NCBI RefSeq assembly: GCF_002865985.1
Contig: NZ_LNDD01000001.1
Location: 273,004-297,003, forward strand
Reading direction: 5' to 3'
DNA length: 24,000 bases
From: Thermotoga sp. SG1
GTDB taxonomy: Bacteria > Thermotogota > Thermotogae > Thermotogales > Thermotogaceae
In this document: in pieces, positions 1 through 9,704 of the stretch
How the letters are laid out: each line of letters begins with the position of its first letter
Numbering within the stretch: the stretch's first letter is position 1
The notes under the pieces: model-generated
The model's database searches: none
The model's input: the letters and a program-made list of their open reading frames with translations, nothing else
What the model was told of the DNA's origin: nothing
Program-made: the position numbers and the translations under genes

Positions 1-289
1 CGTAATCGTCGATTCCCGGCGGGAAGAAGAGGTCGAAGACCATACCTATCGGCGAACCAAACCTTCTTGAGACCCACTTTGCTATTTCAACGTGCTTTTC
101 TGTCAGAAAACTCCTCCCATCCCGCTCCTTCACGGTGAAGGAGTCCTTCTGGGAGGAAGGACCTATAACGTAACATTTCGTCCTTTCTCCTTTCCAGCCG
201 ATCCATATTCTCTCACCTGGATTCAGCGGTTCCTCTGATCGAACACAGATCGTCCTTCCTGTTCCCGACACTGCTACCTCGTAGTACAT
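1..289 (-). CDS. priA: Primosomal protein N' (PriA), N-terminal fragment; the gene continues past the window start
   Basis: Absent from the ORF track because it runs off the edge. Manual minus-strand translation from ATG 289..287 gives MYYEVAVSGTGRTICVRSEEPLNPGERIWIGWKGERTKCYVIGPSSQKDSFTVKERDGRSFLTEKHVEIAKWVSRRFGSPIGMVFDLFFPPGIDDY, open to nt 1. The 'GERIWIGWKGERTKCYVIG' and 'IAKWVSRRFGSPIGMVFDLFFPPG' patterns resemble PriA N-termini. The ATG overlaps the TGA of the upstream gene by 1 nt (TGATG). Confidence 0.55.
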   Translation of the reverse strand, partial: MYYEVAVSGTGRTICVRSEEPLNPGERIWIGWKGERTKCYVIGPSSQKDSFTVKERDGRSFLTEKHVEIAKWVSRRFGSPIGMVFDLFFPPGIDDY

Positions 290-1140
290 CACAACTCCTC
301 CAGTTCTTTAAAACCCTCTCCCAGAGCCTGTCTTACTTCCTTGATTATGACAAAGGCTTTCGGATCCACCTTCCTTATGAATCTGATCAGTTCGTTCAAC
401 TCTCTTCTTCTGACCACCACAAGCAGTATTTTTCTTTCCTTGCCCGTGTAAGCCCCCTTCGCAGGAACGTAAGTGGCACCTCTGTGAAGTTTGTAAAGAA
501 CAAAATCCTTTATCTCCTCAGACCGCTCGGAAATGATGGTTACTTCACTCGATTGCTCTATTCCTCTCAACATGAAATCCACCATTATACCGTTCAGTAT
601 CACACCGAGAAGAGCGTACATTCCCGTTCTCGCGTTGAACGTGACACCCGCCAGAGCCGCTATGGTGAAGTCCACCATCAAAAGCCCCATTCCCATGGAG
701 ATCCAGAAATATTTGTTCAGGATTCTTGCTATGATGTCCGTTCCTCCGGTGGAAGAGTTCTGAGAAAACGTTATGGCAAGCCCTAATGCGGTGAGTAACG
801 TACCAAAAGAAACCGCAAGGAACAAATCATCGCCCGTGTACTTTGGTAGAGGGATTAAACGATCGAACAAATCCACAAAGAAGTTGAAAACGAAAGTACA
901 ATAAATCGTCTTGGCACTGAAGTCGAATCCCACGGTGAAGAAGGCAACAAGAAAGAGAAGCCCGTTTAGAATGTACATCCAGATTCCCACCGGGAGCGGA
1001 AGAAGATGATGAAGTATCATCGAAAGACCGCTCACACCACCGGCAGCTATGTTGTTCGGTATCAGAAAGACCACAACACCAACAGCGGTAACCAAAGTAC
1101 CGAGAGTACTGAGAACGTACTCCCTGATCTTTTCTATCAA
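289..1140 (-). CDS. YitT-family membrane protein (DUF161-type membrane domain plus C-terminal DUF2179-like domain)
   Basis: 283-aa ORF. The N-terminal part is multi-helix hydrophobic and contains NNIAAGGVSGLSMIL. The C-terminal soluble part (EVTIISERSEEIKDFVLYKLHRGATYVPAKGAYTGKERKILLVVVRRRELNELIRFIRKVDPKAFVII) is typical of YitT/DUF2179. The start is TTG at 1140, with GGAGGTGA 6 nt upstream. Confidence 0.8.
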   Translation of the reverse strand: MIEKIREYVLSTLGTLVTAVGVVVFLIPNNIAAGGVSGLSMILHHLLPLPVGIWMYILNGLLFLVAFFTVGFDFSAKTIYCTFVFNFFVDLFDRLIPLPKYTGDDLFLAVSFGTLLTALGLAITFSQNSSTGGTDIIARILNKYFWISMGMGLLMVDFTIAALAGVTFNARTGMYALLGVILNGIMVDFMLRGIEQSSEVTIISERSEEIKDFVLYKLHRGATYVPAKGAYTGKERKILLVVVRRRELNELIRFIRKVDPKAFVIIKEVRQALGEGFKELEEL

Positions 1141-1165
1141 CTTTACTCACCTCCTCGAGAAAAGA

Positions 1166-2047
1166 TCAAAGGGAGGAAGAGGAAATGAACACCTTTCCTC
1201 CTACGGGAACTTTCAGAACCTCCGCTACGAAATCACACTTGGCGGTCAGGAGGAAGAAGAGGTTTTCTCTTTCTTCCTCGTAAAGACCCTCGAAATTTCC
1301 CTGTCCTTTGGAAATGACAAGGTCTGTTTCGAAAAACATCCTTCTGAACTCTGGTGTAGCTTTGTCCAGGACCACACCCGGCTCTTCCACACCGGAGTCG
1401 ATCAGTGTGGCAACCTCTTCCAGCCCGATCTGCTTTGCATCGTCGACTGTGACGTCGTTTATTATCGGCTTTCCACGAACGGCAACCATCACCTCAAGTG
1501 ATGGATTCTGCATCTTCATGACCTCAATGAAGAACTTATCGAAAACGATCTCCCCAGCGTTATCTGCAATGTAAAAGAGTGTGGAGGCATTTTCAAGAAC
1601 GTTTCTGAACTCCTCAAAATTTTCTCTATCGAAGGGTCTTTCATAGGCTTCATGCAATTTTTCAAAAACGTCCTCTATTTTCCAGCCAGGGATACCAAGA
1701 TCTATCAAATTTCCGGAAACAGCCAATTTCGCAGCCGAATACACGGGATCAGGCGAATTCAAAATCTCCGCCCGGAACATTTCAACGAGTTTCATGGCTA
1801 TCTCGTTCGATCTTTCCTTTTCTTCTTTGAATGGATCTTCTTCTTTCACGTACTCCATTATGAACCTGTGGATCTTCCCGTTCACCTCCAGAGGTTTCAT
1901 TCCCCATTTCATCTCACTCATGACTCTGAAAATCTCCCGGAATATCACCCATCTTTTTTCGGGAGAATTGATGGTTTTTCTCAGGAGATTTTCAGCCTGT
2001 CTGAGACTGCATATCAAACACCTTTCATCCGCCCTCAGATACCTCAT
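1166..2047 (-). CDS. DUF89 family metal-dependent phosphatase (damage-control phosphatase, ARMT1-like, subfamily I)
   Basis: 293-aa ORF. It has an N-terminal CxxC (ERCLIC), ADNAGEIVFD, and SKGQGNFEGL...FFLLTAKCDFVA, matching DUF89 signature blocks as I know them. ATG 2047 is preceded by GAGGAGGT 5 nt upstream, inside the 3' end of the ACP gene. Confidence 0.8.
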   Translation of the reverse strand: MRYLRADERCLICSLRQAENLLRKTINSPEKRWVIFREIFRVMSEMKWGMKPLEVNGKIHRFIMEYVKEEDPFKEEKERSNEIAMKLVEMFRAEILNSPDPVYSAAKLAVSGNLIDLGIPGWKIEDVFEKLHEAYERPFDRENFEEFRNVLENASTLFYIADNAGEIVFDKFFIEVMKMQNPSLEVMVAVRGKPIINDVTVDDAKQIGLEEVATLIDSGVEEPGVVLDKATPEFRRMFFETDLVISKGQGNFEGLYEEERENLFFLLTAKCDFVAEVLKVPVGGKVFISSSSL

Positions 2048-2300
2048 CGTCGACCTCCTCTAGTTTTCTGCTCACAACATCTATCAGGTCTCTTACTCTG
2101 CGAAGGTTTTCAAGTTTTTCATCCTCTATCCTTATTGCGAACTCATCTTCGAAGAACATGACAAGGTCTATTACATCGAGTGAATCAAAACCAAGCTCTT
2201 CAAAAGAAGCATTTTCATCGATCGTCTCCAGTTCTTTTCCCATCTTCTCTGAAACTATTTCCACAAGCTTTGCAAAAAGTTTTTCTTTTTCCAAGATCAT
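2025..2300 (-). CDS. Acyl carrier protein, orphan/second copy (no fab, PKS or NRPS genes nearby)
   Basis: The phosphopantetheine attachment motif GFDSLDVIDLV lies in a ~90-aa acidic helical protein. I prefer ATG 2300 (MILEKEKLF..., preceded by AGGGGGG) over the track's GTG 2321, which has no SD and abuts the hairpin. The C-terminal tail KLEEVDDEVSEGG overlaps the DUF89 start by 23 nt. Confidence 0.8.
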   Translation of the reverse strand: MILEKEKLFAKLVEIVSEKMGKELETIDENASFEELGFDSLDVIDLVMFFEDEFAIRIEDEKLENLRRVRDLIDVVSRKLEEVDDEVSEGG

Positions 2301-2327
2301 CCCCCCTAAGAATCCTACCACAATTTA

Positions 2328-2345
2328 AGGGGGCTGAAGCCCCCT
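2328..2345 (-). terminator. GC-rich hairpin just after the hppA stop; intrinsic terminator or intra-operon attenuator/stabiliser
   Basis: The minus-strand RNA reads A-GGGGGC-UUCA-GCCCCC-U (7-bp stem, tetraloop). It begins 4 nt after the hppA TAA (2352..2350) and is followed by UAAAUUGUGG, a weak U-tract. The ACP start lies only ~28 nt further on. Confidence 0.55.
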
Positions 2346-2349
2346 CCTT

Positions 2350-4521
2350 TTAGAACAGATGAATGTGTTTGAAGATGGAGACCGCTATCACCGAAACCAC
2401 CGACATGATCTTTATGAGAATATCGAGAGAAGGACCCACCGTATCCTTGAGTGGATCTCCCACCGTGTCTCCTATGACAAGGGCCTTATGCGGTTCAGAT
2501 CCCTTACCGTATCCTTCTAGATTACCCGCTTCGAGGAACTTCTTGGCGTTGTCCCAGGCTCCTCCGGAATTTGCCGTCAGAATAGCGAGCATGGCACCAC
2601 TGATAACGGTTCCTATCAACACACCTCCGACGAACTCCGGTCCAAGCAGAAATCCTGTCACAAGAGGTGTGAGAATCGCTATGAAAGCAGGATATCCCAT
2701 CTGCTTCAAAGCGTTATCGCTGGTGATTTCAATACACTTGTTGTAGTCTGGTTTTGCCTTTCCTTCCAGAAGACCAGGAATCTCTCTTGCCTGTCTTCTG
2801 ATCTCATCCACCATCTTCATGGCGGCCTTCGTGACCGCAGAGATTAGGTAACCACTGAAGTAGTAGGTGATCGCCGCTCCAAGTAGTGCACCCGCTATCA
2901 CCCTTGCATCTACCATGTTCAGAAGGAGTATGAGAGAAGGTGGTTTTCCAACATCCGATGGACTGATTTGCGAGAACATGTAAGAAGCGAAGAGAGAAAG
3001 GGCAGCCAGGATAGCAGAACCAATGGCAAATCCTTTTCCTATAGCGGCTGTTGTGTTACCCACGGCGTCGAGATGATCCGTTATCTTTCTCACCTCAGGA
3101 TCCAGCTCGCACATTTCGCTTATTCCACCTGCATTATCCGCTATTGGTCCGTAACTGTCCACAGAAACGGAGGTTGCAACGAAGGAAAGCATTCCAAGAG
3201 CGGAGATCGCAACACCGTAGAGCCCTGCAAAGTAATCTGCAAAGAGAATACCGAGAACGAGCGTTAGAGTGGGAGGAAGCACGCTCTTCATTCCAAGGGA
3301 AAGACCGTTAGAGATGACCATTCCTGTGCCTTCGATGGAGGATCTGCTGAGGAACTGGGTTGGTCTATAATGATAACTTGTGTAGTACTCAGCCCAAAAT
3401 CCAACCAGGATTCCCGCAAAGATTCCTATGATCGCCGAGAACCATGGGGATATGGGACCGAACCTGAAGCCGACAACATCCAGGCCCTGAGCGTCCTTAA
3501 GGTAGAAGTACGTCAAAAAAGCTGTCAAAACAACTGTGAGAATCGCGGAAGTCCATAGACTGATGTTGAGTTCCCTCTGAGGATTGTCAGATGGTTTTTT
3601 CACGATTACATAGAGTATCCCCAGCATGGAGCATCCAAGACCAACCAATGCGAAGAAAATCGGATAGGTGATGAGGGACTGGATGGTCTCCTTCGGGATC
3701 TGATGAACCAAGTTTTCTCCGATTTTTTGAACGTATATCGGGAACATGTAAGAAGCCAGGATAATGGAAGACACTATGGCACCAACGAAACTTTCCAGAA
3801 GGTCCGCTCCCAGTCCAGCAACGTCTCCCACGTTGTCTCCCACGTTGTCTGCTATCGTGGCGGGATTCCTTGGATCGTCTTCAGGAAGGTTCAGTTCTGT
3901 CTTTCCAACAAGGTCAGCCGCCATATCCGCTGCCTTCGTGTAAACTCCTCCTCCAACCCTGTCAAACATGGCTATGATGGAACACCCAAGGGCGTAACCA
4001 GAGACCGTCATGGCGAAAGGAACAAAGTTTATCCCAAGCCAGTTGGTGTATATATTGAGATTGTCCAGCTGTCCCATCCATTTTCCAAAGATCAGGTAAA
4101 CCAGAACAAGTCCAAGGAGGGCAAACCCACCGACGGAAAGTCCCATGACACTTCCACCCTGATAAGCCACCTTCAACGCGGGTCCTATCTTCTTCGTTGT
4201 TCTGGCTGCCTCTGCCACTCTGACGTTTGCTCTTGTGGCCATCTTCATTCCCACGATACCAGCAGAAGCACTCATCACGGCTCCCAAAAGAAACGCCACA
4301 CCCGTCTGCCATGTTGTGAAGATCATGAGAAGTATCGCTATTACGATGGCAACTTTGAAGATAGCCCTGGTCTCGTGCGCAAGGAACGAATCCGCCCCAC
4401 TTCGAATGTAGGAAGATATCTCCTTCATTCGATCTGTACCCTCTGGTTTTTTAACAACGGCGGCGAAGTTTGCAGCGGCAAATCCCAGTGCAACCAGAGG
4501 AACGAGAAAGAGCAGCCACAT
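2350..4521 (-). CDS. hppA: Membrane-integral (K+-dependent type) inorganic pyrophosphatase, ion-pumping
   Basis: 723-aa polytopic protein with M-PPase motifs GGGVYTKAADMAADLVGK, DNVGDNVGDVAG, DNAGGISEM, GNTTAAIGKGFAIGSA, AWDNAKKFLE and GDTVGDPLKD. Ala rather than Lys in GNTTAAIGKG is the signature of K+-dependent enzymes, the group containing the Na+-pumping Thermotoga PPase. ATG 4521 lies 3 nt after the rgy stop; its SD GGAGGAGGGG sits in the rgy 3' end. Confidence 0.95.
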   Translation of the reverse strand: MWLLFLVPLVALGFAAANFAAVVKKPEGTDRMKEISSYIRSGADSFLAHETRAIFKVAIVIAILLMIFTTWQTGVAFLLGAVMSASAGIVGMKMATRANVRVAEAARTTKKIGPALKVAYQGGSVMGLSVGGFALLGLVLVYLIFGKWMGQLDNLNIYTNWLGINFVPFAMTVSGYALGCSIIAMFDRVGGGVYTKAADMAADLVGKTELNLPEDDPRNPATIADNVGDNVGDVAGLGADLLESFVGAIVSSIILASYMFPIYVQKIGENLVHQIPKETIQSLITYPIFFALVGLGCSMLGILYVIVKKPSDNPQRELNISLWTSAILTVVLTAFLTYFYLKDAQGLDVVGFRFGPISPWFSAIIGIFAGILVGFWAEYYTSYHYRPTQFLSRSSIEGTGMVISNGLSLGMKSVLPPTLTLVLGILFADYFAGLYGVAISALGMLSFVATSVSVDSYGPIADNAGGISEMCELDPEVRKITDHLDAVGNTTAAIGKGFAIGSAILAALSLFASYMFSQISPSDVGKPPSLILLLNMVDARVIAGALLGAAITYYFSGYLISAVTKAAMKMVDEIRRQAREIPGLLEGKAKPDYNKCIEITSDNALKQMGYPAFIAILTPLVTGFLLGPEFVGGVLIGTVISGAMLAILTANSGGAWDNAKKFLEAGNLEGYGKGSEPHKALVIGDTVGDPLKDTVGPSLDILIKIMSVVSVIAVSIFKHIHLF

Positions 4522-4524
4522 ACA

Positions 4525-7500
4525 TTACCCCTCCTCCGTGAGAGATTTTATTTCCTCGTACAAAAGCCTGAGTGTGGATTGATAATCCTCTTCTCCCTTT
4601 TCCACCCTGTCCATGATCTCTTCCAGTCTGCGAGTAGTCTCTTCTGTTACGAACCTTTCGTATCTTTCTTTGAGGAACGAATAGACCATCACTCCCAGCT
4701 TCGTTGGTCTGATCCTCCTGTATTTATCCTCGTACACGTATCCTCTTTTGAAGAGTACCTCTACTATTTTTGCATAAGTTGAAGGTCTGCCAATTCCCCT
4801 TTTCTTCATCTCTTCCACTATAGAAGCCTGAGTGAAGAGAGGTACCGTGTGTTTTTTGTAAATCTTTCTTTCAAGAATTCTGTAGCTTCTGTGTTCGAAT
4901 CGTGGAGAAATTGTTAACGGCATGAAGAGATTCCAGCCGTCCTTCAGAATTTCCACCACGTATTCCTTCTTCAATTCCTTTCCTTCCACATCGAAAGAGA
5001 CTGACTGCCTTTTCACCTTCATGGGTGAAGACTGACTGGCCAGAAAGCGGTTGAATATGATCGAGTAAACCCTCAGGTGCTTCTTTGTCAGGTCCGTTAT
5101 CAGCCCCTCTTCCATCATTTCCTCGATTTCTTTATCGTCGATGGGTTTCACCGGTCTGATGGCCTCGTGTGCCCCCTCGGTTGACCAGCTCCTTCCTGTG
5201 AAGAGTTCTTCTTTGCCGATCTTTCTCAGATAGCTGCGTGCTACGTTCTGGCCTTCCAGTGAGACCCTGATCGAGTCGGTCCTGTGGTAGGTGATGAAGC
5301 CTTTCTCAAAGAGATCCTGGAGAATATCCATCGTCTCCTGAACACCCAGTCTGAGCCTCTGGGATATCTCCGAGAGCGCAGAAGAAGTCGTGTAAGGTGG
5401 AGGAGGGGTAATGTCTTCTTCTGTTTCTTCCACTTTCGACACGCTGATGGCATCGACGGCCACTTTCCCTTCAACTTCGAGTTGTACGCCGTTTTCCAGC
5501 GTGATGAGAGTGAAGTCCTTTTCGCTTTTTCTGTACTCTTCTTCTCGATCTACTATCCATCCCAGAACCGTTGACTGGACCCTGCCCGCCGAAAGGTTTA
5601 GTTTGCCGAATTGTTTTTGAAGTCTTCCACTCAACTCAAATCCGATCCATCTGTCCTGAACTCTTCTCACTACCTGCGCCTTCACCAGATTGAAATCGAC
5701 AAAACGAACACTCTCTCTTGCCTTTTTGAAGCCGTATTTTGTGATTTCATGCATTTCAATTCTTCTCAGAGATCCGTTGGCGGGTATCAGATACTGCATC
5801 ACGTCCCAGGATATTTTCTCTCCCTCGACATCGGGGTCTGTTGCCACCAGGATTTCATCAACCTCAAGCGATATCTCCCTCAGTGCTCTGAGGGTCTCAG
5901 TTTTGTCATCGAGGTTTTTTGAAGAACAGATGGGGCATTCTTCTCGATCTTCTGTGAACTGGTATCCACAATCTCTGCATCTTTTCAGAGAGTTGTAAAC
6001 AGGAACGAAAATACCGTCTTTTTCCTCAACCCCATGAATTCCTCCTCTGGTGACAAGATCGTAAACGTGTCCTCTTGTTGCTGTGAACAGAATGATTCCT
6101 TCATCCGTTACGGCTTCATGGACCAGGATATTTTTTTCTCTTCGGGAAGAGGACTTTCCCAGAAACTTCGAAATCGTATCCGCTTTGGTTGGCGACTCCA
6201 CGACTATCAGGAGAGAACGGGAAGTGTCGGAAAATTCCTTCTTTAAGCTCTTTCTGCTTTCTTCCACCTCACGAACGAGTTTTTCCCAATCCGCTTCCGA
6301 TTCCTCAAGGATCTCTTCCTCTGCTACGAGGAGAAGACGGGTTTTCAAAGATTCGAAGATTTCCTCGTCTTCTTCAAAGATCACGGCCAGACCCTTTACG
6401 AGAACACCGTTCAGTATTCTCGATGATCTTCCAGAAGCCTGAATGTAGGTGTAAATATCGGGAATGATGAGTTCTTTCCCTCTCACGGCAGAGCCCCTGA
6501 AGATCTCTTTCACTCTTTCTACAAATTCTTCCTGAGAAAAATGTGATTTTGCGAGTTCTCTGAGTTTCTCCTCGTTCGCCTCTCTACCTTTTATCAGGCC
6601 TGATTCTCTGAGGAGCCTGGTGAGGACAAACTGCGGAGCTTTATCGGGTTCCAGAGAAAACCTCATGGAGGGAACTCCCCAAAAGACAACGTATTTTATC
6701 TTCTCTGGAAGGTCAACTCCCCTTGTCAGTTTCCCATAATACGCCTGTACACCCACCAGAACATTGATCTCACCGTTTTTGAATGCATCGAAATTTTCCT
6801 CGAACCTTTCCCAGGTCCCCTCGACCTTTATCCCCTGACCTTTCAGATAATCGACCAGATTTTTCCCCTCTTCTTCCGTCTGCGTGAAGATCAAAACACC
6901 GTCTTTGAACATTCTGAGCAGTTCCATCAAACGTTCTTTGGACTTTCTGGGAATTCTCACGTGCGTGATGTTGCGGGAGACAGAAACTAGCCTTCCAACG
7001 GTGAAGTTGAGAAGATCTCTGAACAACAAGGGCCTGATGCCGCGTGGCCTGGCCGTGGCGGAGGAAACCACCAGGATTCCTGTTTTCAAGTTGTCTGGTC
7101 TTTCATAGATCTTTCCCTGTTTGATGGCAAAGAGTGCCTTCTTTATGACATCTTCCGGGATTCCCACCATCATGAGGAGGGTGTCTATGTTACGGGAGGC
7201 CTTGAGGACTGCGTCCACATCGTCCACGAAAACGAAATCGAACTTCTTCCTGGAGAGCTCTTCTCTGTGCCTGGAGACGAACTGTGTGGAAACGACCAGT
7301 ACGTGGTAGTCATCCTTTTCAAAACTTTCCTCGAATCTCTTTCTCTCTTCCTTTCCCATTGAGGAATAAAATCCCACAATTTTTACGTCTTCTGACATGC
7401 TCCTCAATCTTTCGAGGGTCTGCTTAACCAGTGTCACTGTGGGAAAGATGAGTGCAGATCTTTTTCCTTTCTTGGCAAGCCACAGGGAGGCAACCATCCC

Positions 7501-7827
7501 GAACGTCGTTTTCCCCACACCCGTTGGTGCTACCATCGTGAAACTTTTTCCCAGGATCGTTCTTTTTGCCCATAAACGTTGATACCCCGTTAGATTTTTT
7601 CCAAACATTTTCTTGAAAAAATTCCGAAAGTCCTCGTATTCATTCCAGAATCTGTGATAGAAACGATAATCCTTCAACGTTCTTCTCTCAAGAAGGGCTT
7701 CATAAATGTCAAAAGGGGATTCCTCGGGAAGACACACTTCACACGGAAGTCCCCTCTCGTTTCTCTCGTCGGTGTTCACCCCTCCGCAGTTTATGCAAGA
7801 ATGGTGGTACTTCGAATTCACTGCCAA
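4525..7827 (-). CDS. rgy: Reverse gyrase (helicase-like domain fused to type IA topoisomerase)
   Basis: 1100 aa. Features: N-terminal Zn finger CINCGG...CEVC, Walker [13 protein letters not shown] box, second Zn finger CRDCGY...[21 protein letters not shown] and DPDVEGE, and catalytic Tyr context ITYHRTDS. The start is TTG 7827, with AAGGAGGT 10 nt upstream. It overlaps the ahcY stop by 10 nt. Confidence 0.97.
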   Translation of the reverse strand: MAVNSKYHHSCINCGGVNTDERNERGLPCEVCLPEESPFDIYEALLERRTLKDYRFYHRFWNEYEDFRNFFKKMFGKNLTGYQRLWAKRTILGKSFTMVAPTGVGKTTFGMVASLWLAKKGKRSALIFPTVTLVKQTLERLRSMSEDVKIVGFYSSMGKEERKRFEESFEKDDYHVLVVSTQFVSRHREELSRKKFDFVFVDDVDAVLKASRNIDTLLMMVGIPEDVIKKALFAIKQGKIYERPDNLKTGILVVSSATARPRGIRPLLFRDLLNFTVGRLVSVSRNITHVRIPRKSKERLMELLRMFKDGVLIFTQTEEEGKNLVDYLKGQGIKVEGTWERFEENFDAFKNGEINVLVGVQAYYGKLTRGVDLPEKIKYVVFWGVPSMRFSLEPDKAPQFVLTRLLRESGLIKGREANEEKLRELAKSHFSQEEFVERVKEIFRGSAVRGKELIIPDIYTYIQASGRSSRILNGVLVKGLAVIFEEDEEIFESLKTRLLLVAEEEILEESEADWEKLVREVEESRKSLKKEFSDTSRSLLIVVESPTKADTISKFLGKSSSRREKNILVHEAVTDEGIILFTATRGHVYDLVTRGGIHGVEEKDGIFVPVYNSLKRCRDCGYQFTEDREECPICSSKNLDDKTETLRALREISLEVDEILVATDPDVEGEKISWDVMQYLIPANGSLRRIEMHEITKYGFKKARESVRFVDFNLVKAQVVRRVQDRWIGFELSGRLQKQFGKLNLSAGRVQSTVLGWIVDREEEYRKSEKDFTLITLENGVQLEVEGKVAVDAISVSKVEETEEDITPPPPYTTSSALSEISQRLRLGVQETMDILQDLFEKGFITYHRTDSIRVSLEGQNVARSYLRKIGKEELFTGRSWSTEGAHEAIRPVKPIDDKEIEEMMEEGLITDLTKKHLRVYSIIFNRFLASQSSPMKVKRQSVSFDVEGKELKKEYVVEILKDGWNLFMPLTISPRFEHRSYRILERKIYKKHTVPLFTQASIVEEMKKRGIGRPSTYAKIVEVLFKRGYVYEDKYRRIRPTKLGVMVYSFLKERYERFVTEETTRRLEEIMDRVEKGEEDYQSTLRLLYEEIKSLTEEG

Positions 7828-9032
7828 CTCTCCAGATACCTCCTTTGTTTCTCCGTCAGGCTGTCTATTCTCACGTTCATGGATTTTAGTTTCATCATGG
7901 CCACCTTCTCATCCACTTCGGGCGGGAGAGTGTAAACTCTTGGTTTCATGTTGGCGTGATTTTCCAGAAGATACAGTATGGCAAAAGTCTGAAGGGCGAA
8001 CGAAAGATCCATGATTTCGATGGGATGTCCGTCTCCACCCGCAAGGTTGACCAGTCGGCCTTCGGCAAGGAGAAAGACCGTTTTTCCATTCTTCAACACG
8101 TAACCCGTCACGTTCGGACGCGCTTCGAACTTCTCAACGGCAAGCCTTTCGAGTGTCTCTACAGGAATTTCCACGTTGAAATGGCCCGCGTTGGCCAGAA
8201 CTGCCCCGTCTTTGAGTGACAGAATATCTTCCTCGGTGAGTACATCAGTGTTTCCCGTGGCCGTCACAACAAAATCGGCCAGTTCTACAGCCTCTTTCAT
8301 CGGCATCACTTCGAAGCCATCCATGATCGCTTCCACCGCTCTGATGGGATCCACTTCCGTTACAATCACCTTTGCACCAAGGCCGGAGGCTCTCAGGGCG
8401 ATTCCCCTTCCGCACCAGCCGTAACCGGCCACTACCACCCTTTTTCCGGCGATCAGAAGATTCGTGTTTCTCATGATGGCATCCCACGTGGATTGTCCCG
8501 TTCCATACCTGTTGTCGAAGAGAAACTTCATCTTCGAATCGTTCACAGCCACAACCGGTACTTTCAATTTCCCGGATTTTTCAAGAGCCTTCAAGCGTTT
8601 CACGCCGGTTGTGGTTTCTTCAGAGACTCCTTTCAGGTTCTCAAGGACATCGGTCCTTTCGGTGTGTGCTATGACCGTGAGATCTCCGCCATCATCTATT
8701 ATGAAATCGGGGCTTTCATCGAGCACTTTCATGAGATTCCTCCGGTAGACATCTTCATCGTGAGTTCTCTTCGCATAGACGGTGATTCCCTTTTTCCTGA
8801 GAGCCTCTGCCACGTCGTCCTGTGTGGAAAGAGGGTTGCTTCCCGTGACAACAACGTTTGCTCCAAGTTTTGCGAGTGTGAGTGCAAGATAGGCCGTTTT
8901 CGCTTCTAGATGTATGCTCATACCAACAGTCACACCCTCGAGAGGCCTTTTCTCAGAAAATTCCCGTGATATCTCGTTCAGCAAAGGCATGTACCTGGAA
9001 ACCCAGTTTATCTTCATCTCACCCGTCTTCAT
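7818..9032 (-). CDS. ahcY: Adenosylhomocysteinase (S-adenosyl-L-homocysteine hydrolase), short archaeal-like type
   Basis: Motifs [25 protein letters not shown]-binding AGYGWCGRG and AGHFNVEI. I prefer ATG 9032 ([10 protein letters not shown]; GGAGGG 8 nt upstream), giving 404 aa, over the track's TTG 9059. With this start it overlaps the upstream HAD gene by 14 nt. Confidence 0.92.
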   Translation of the reverse strand: MKTGEMKINWVSRYMPLLNEISREFSEKRPLEGVTVGMSIHLEAKTAYLALTLAKLGANVVVTGSNPLSTQDDVAEALRKKGITVYAKRTHDEDVYRRNLMKVLDESPDFIIDDGGDLTVIAHTERTDVLENLKGVSEETTTGVKRLKALEKSGKLKVPVVAVNDSKMKFLFDNRYGTGQSTWDAIMRNTNLLIAGKRVVVAGYGWCGRGIALRASGLGAKVIVTEVDPIRAVEAIMDGFEVMPMKEAVELADFVVTATGNTDVLTEEDILSLKDGAVLANAGHFNVEIPVETLERLAVEKFEARPNVTGYVLKNGKTVFLLAEGRLVNLAGGDGHPIEIMDLSFALQTFAILYLLENHANMKPRVYTLPPEVDEKVAMMKLKSMNVRIDSLTEKQRRYLESWQ

Positions 9033-9486
9033 CGTATCGTCCCTCCAGTATCTTCTCAAAGAATCTCAATATCTTCGTTCCAAAGAATTCTTTCTGACTG
9101 ATCGGTTCCACTTTTATCACGTGGAAACCAAGAATCTTTCCCATCAGAACGTCAGTGAAAAGCTGGTCTCCTATCATCACACAGCGTCTGGGATCTATCT
9201 TTTCTTTCTTTAAAAATCTCCACACTTTGAAACTCAAAGGTTTTCCCGCTCTCCAGATGAACGTCGCTGGAAGTTCGACTTTCCTCGGCTTGCCGTTGGA
9301 GACGATCACCACCCGTGCTTTGCTCGACAGTTTTTCCAGGATCTTTCTTTTCTCCTTTGGAAGTTCACTCTCTTTCCAAGGAGCAAGGGTGTTGTCGAAG
9401 TCGAACAGAAAATATCTGTACCCCCTTCGAATCAGTTCATCGAAGTTGATGTCTTCCACCTTCTTCACACGCGTCAGTCTCTTCAT
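9019..9486 (-). CDS. HAD-superfamily phosphatase, subfamily IIIA, YqeG-like
   Basis: 155 aa with HAD motif I FDFDNTL, motif II VIVSNG and motif [10 protein letters not shown] (very like the YqeG GDQLxTD). The ATG at 9486 overlaps the upstream TGA (ATGA). Confidence 0.8.
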   Translation of the reverse strand: MKRLTRVKKVEDINFDELIRRGYRYFLFDFDNTLAPWKESELPKEKRKILEKLSSKARVVIVSNGKPRKVELPATFIWRAGKPLSFKVWRFLKKEKIDPRRCVMIGDQLFTDVLMGKILGFHVIKVEPISQKEFFGTKILRFFEKILEGRYDEDG

Positions 9487-9704
9487 GCTTCTCCAGGATT
9501 CTCCCTCACATCGATGATCTCAAGATCGACCATTTCTTTACATCCTTCCAGAAGTTCTATCGCTTCTTTTGGAAAGGGGGTGATGATTCTCAAAATACCG
9601 TCTTCGTATTTCCTGATGTTGAACATGTGCTCTTCAACTTCCAGAAGATAATTCAGAAGGTGAACATCCTCTTTGGATACTCTCACGTATATGTCGTACT
9701 CCAT
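9483..9704 (-). CDS. Small conserved hypothetical protein (73 aa), possibly DUF4911-like
   Basis: The ATG at 9704 directly abuts the rex TGA (TGAATG), with AAGGAGGA 8 nt upstream. The sequence MEYDIYVRVSKEDVHLLNYLLEVEEHMFNIRKYEDGILRIITP...LLEGCKEMVDLEIIDV resembles the pattern I associate with DUF4911. That family call is from memory only. Confidence 0.6.
   Translation of the reverse strand: MEYDIYVRVSKEDVHLLNYLLEVEEHMFNIRKYEDGILRIITPFPKEAIELLEGCKEMVDLEIIDVRENPGEA

Noticed and set aside
2312-2320. Possible extended -10 (TGgTAGGAT, minus strand) as a dedicated promoter for the ACP gene.
   Set aside because: The hexamer matches only 4/6, no -35 is present (GCTTCA), and it would leave a leader too short to include the AGGGGGG SD. 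Read-through from hppA is the simpler explanation.
3703-4782. A 359-aa plus-strand ORF running antisense to hppA and the rgy 3' end, the longest of many antisense ORFs in the track.
   Set aside because: It is completely nested antisense to two genes with unmistakable family motifs. Its translation is low-complexity and Ser/Cys/His/Arg-rich with no recognisable motif, SD or start context. Coding strands here are strongly purine-rich, so their complements are pyrimidine-rich and poor in TAA/TAG/TGA, which produces long spurious ORFs.
5953-5970. Rex-box-like inverted repeat TGTGAA-CTGGTA-TCCACA.
   Set aside because: The spacer is 6 nt rather than the 4 nt of the established TGTGAA-N4-TTCACA operator. 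One half-site is mismatched, and the site lies deep inside the rgy coding sequence, far from any promoter.
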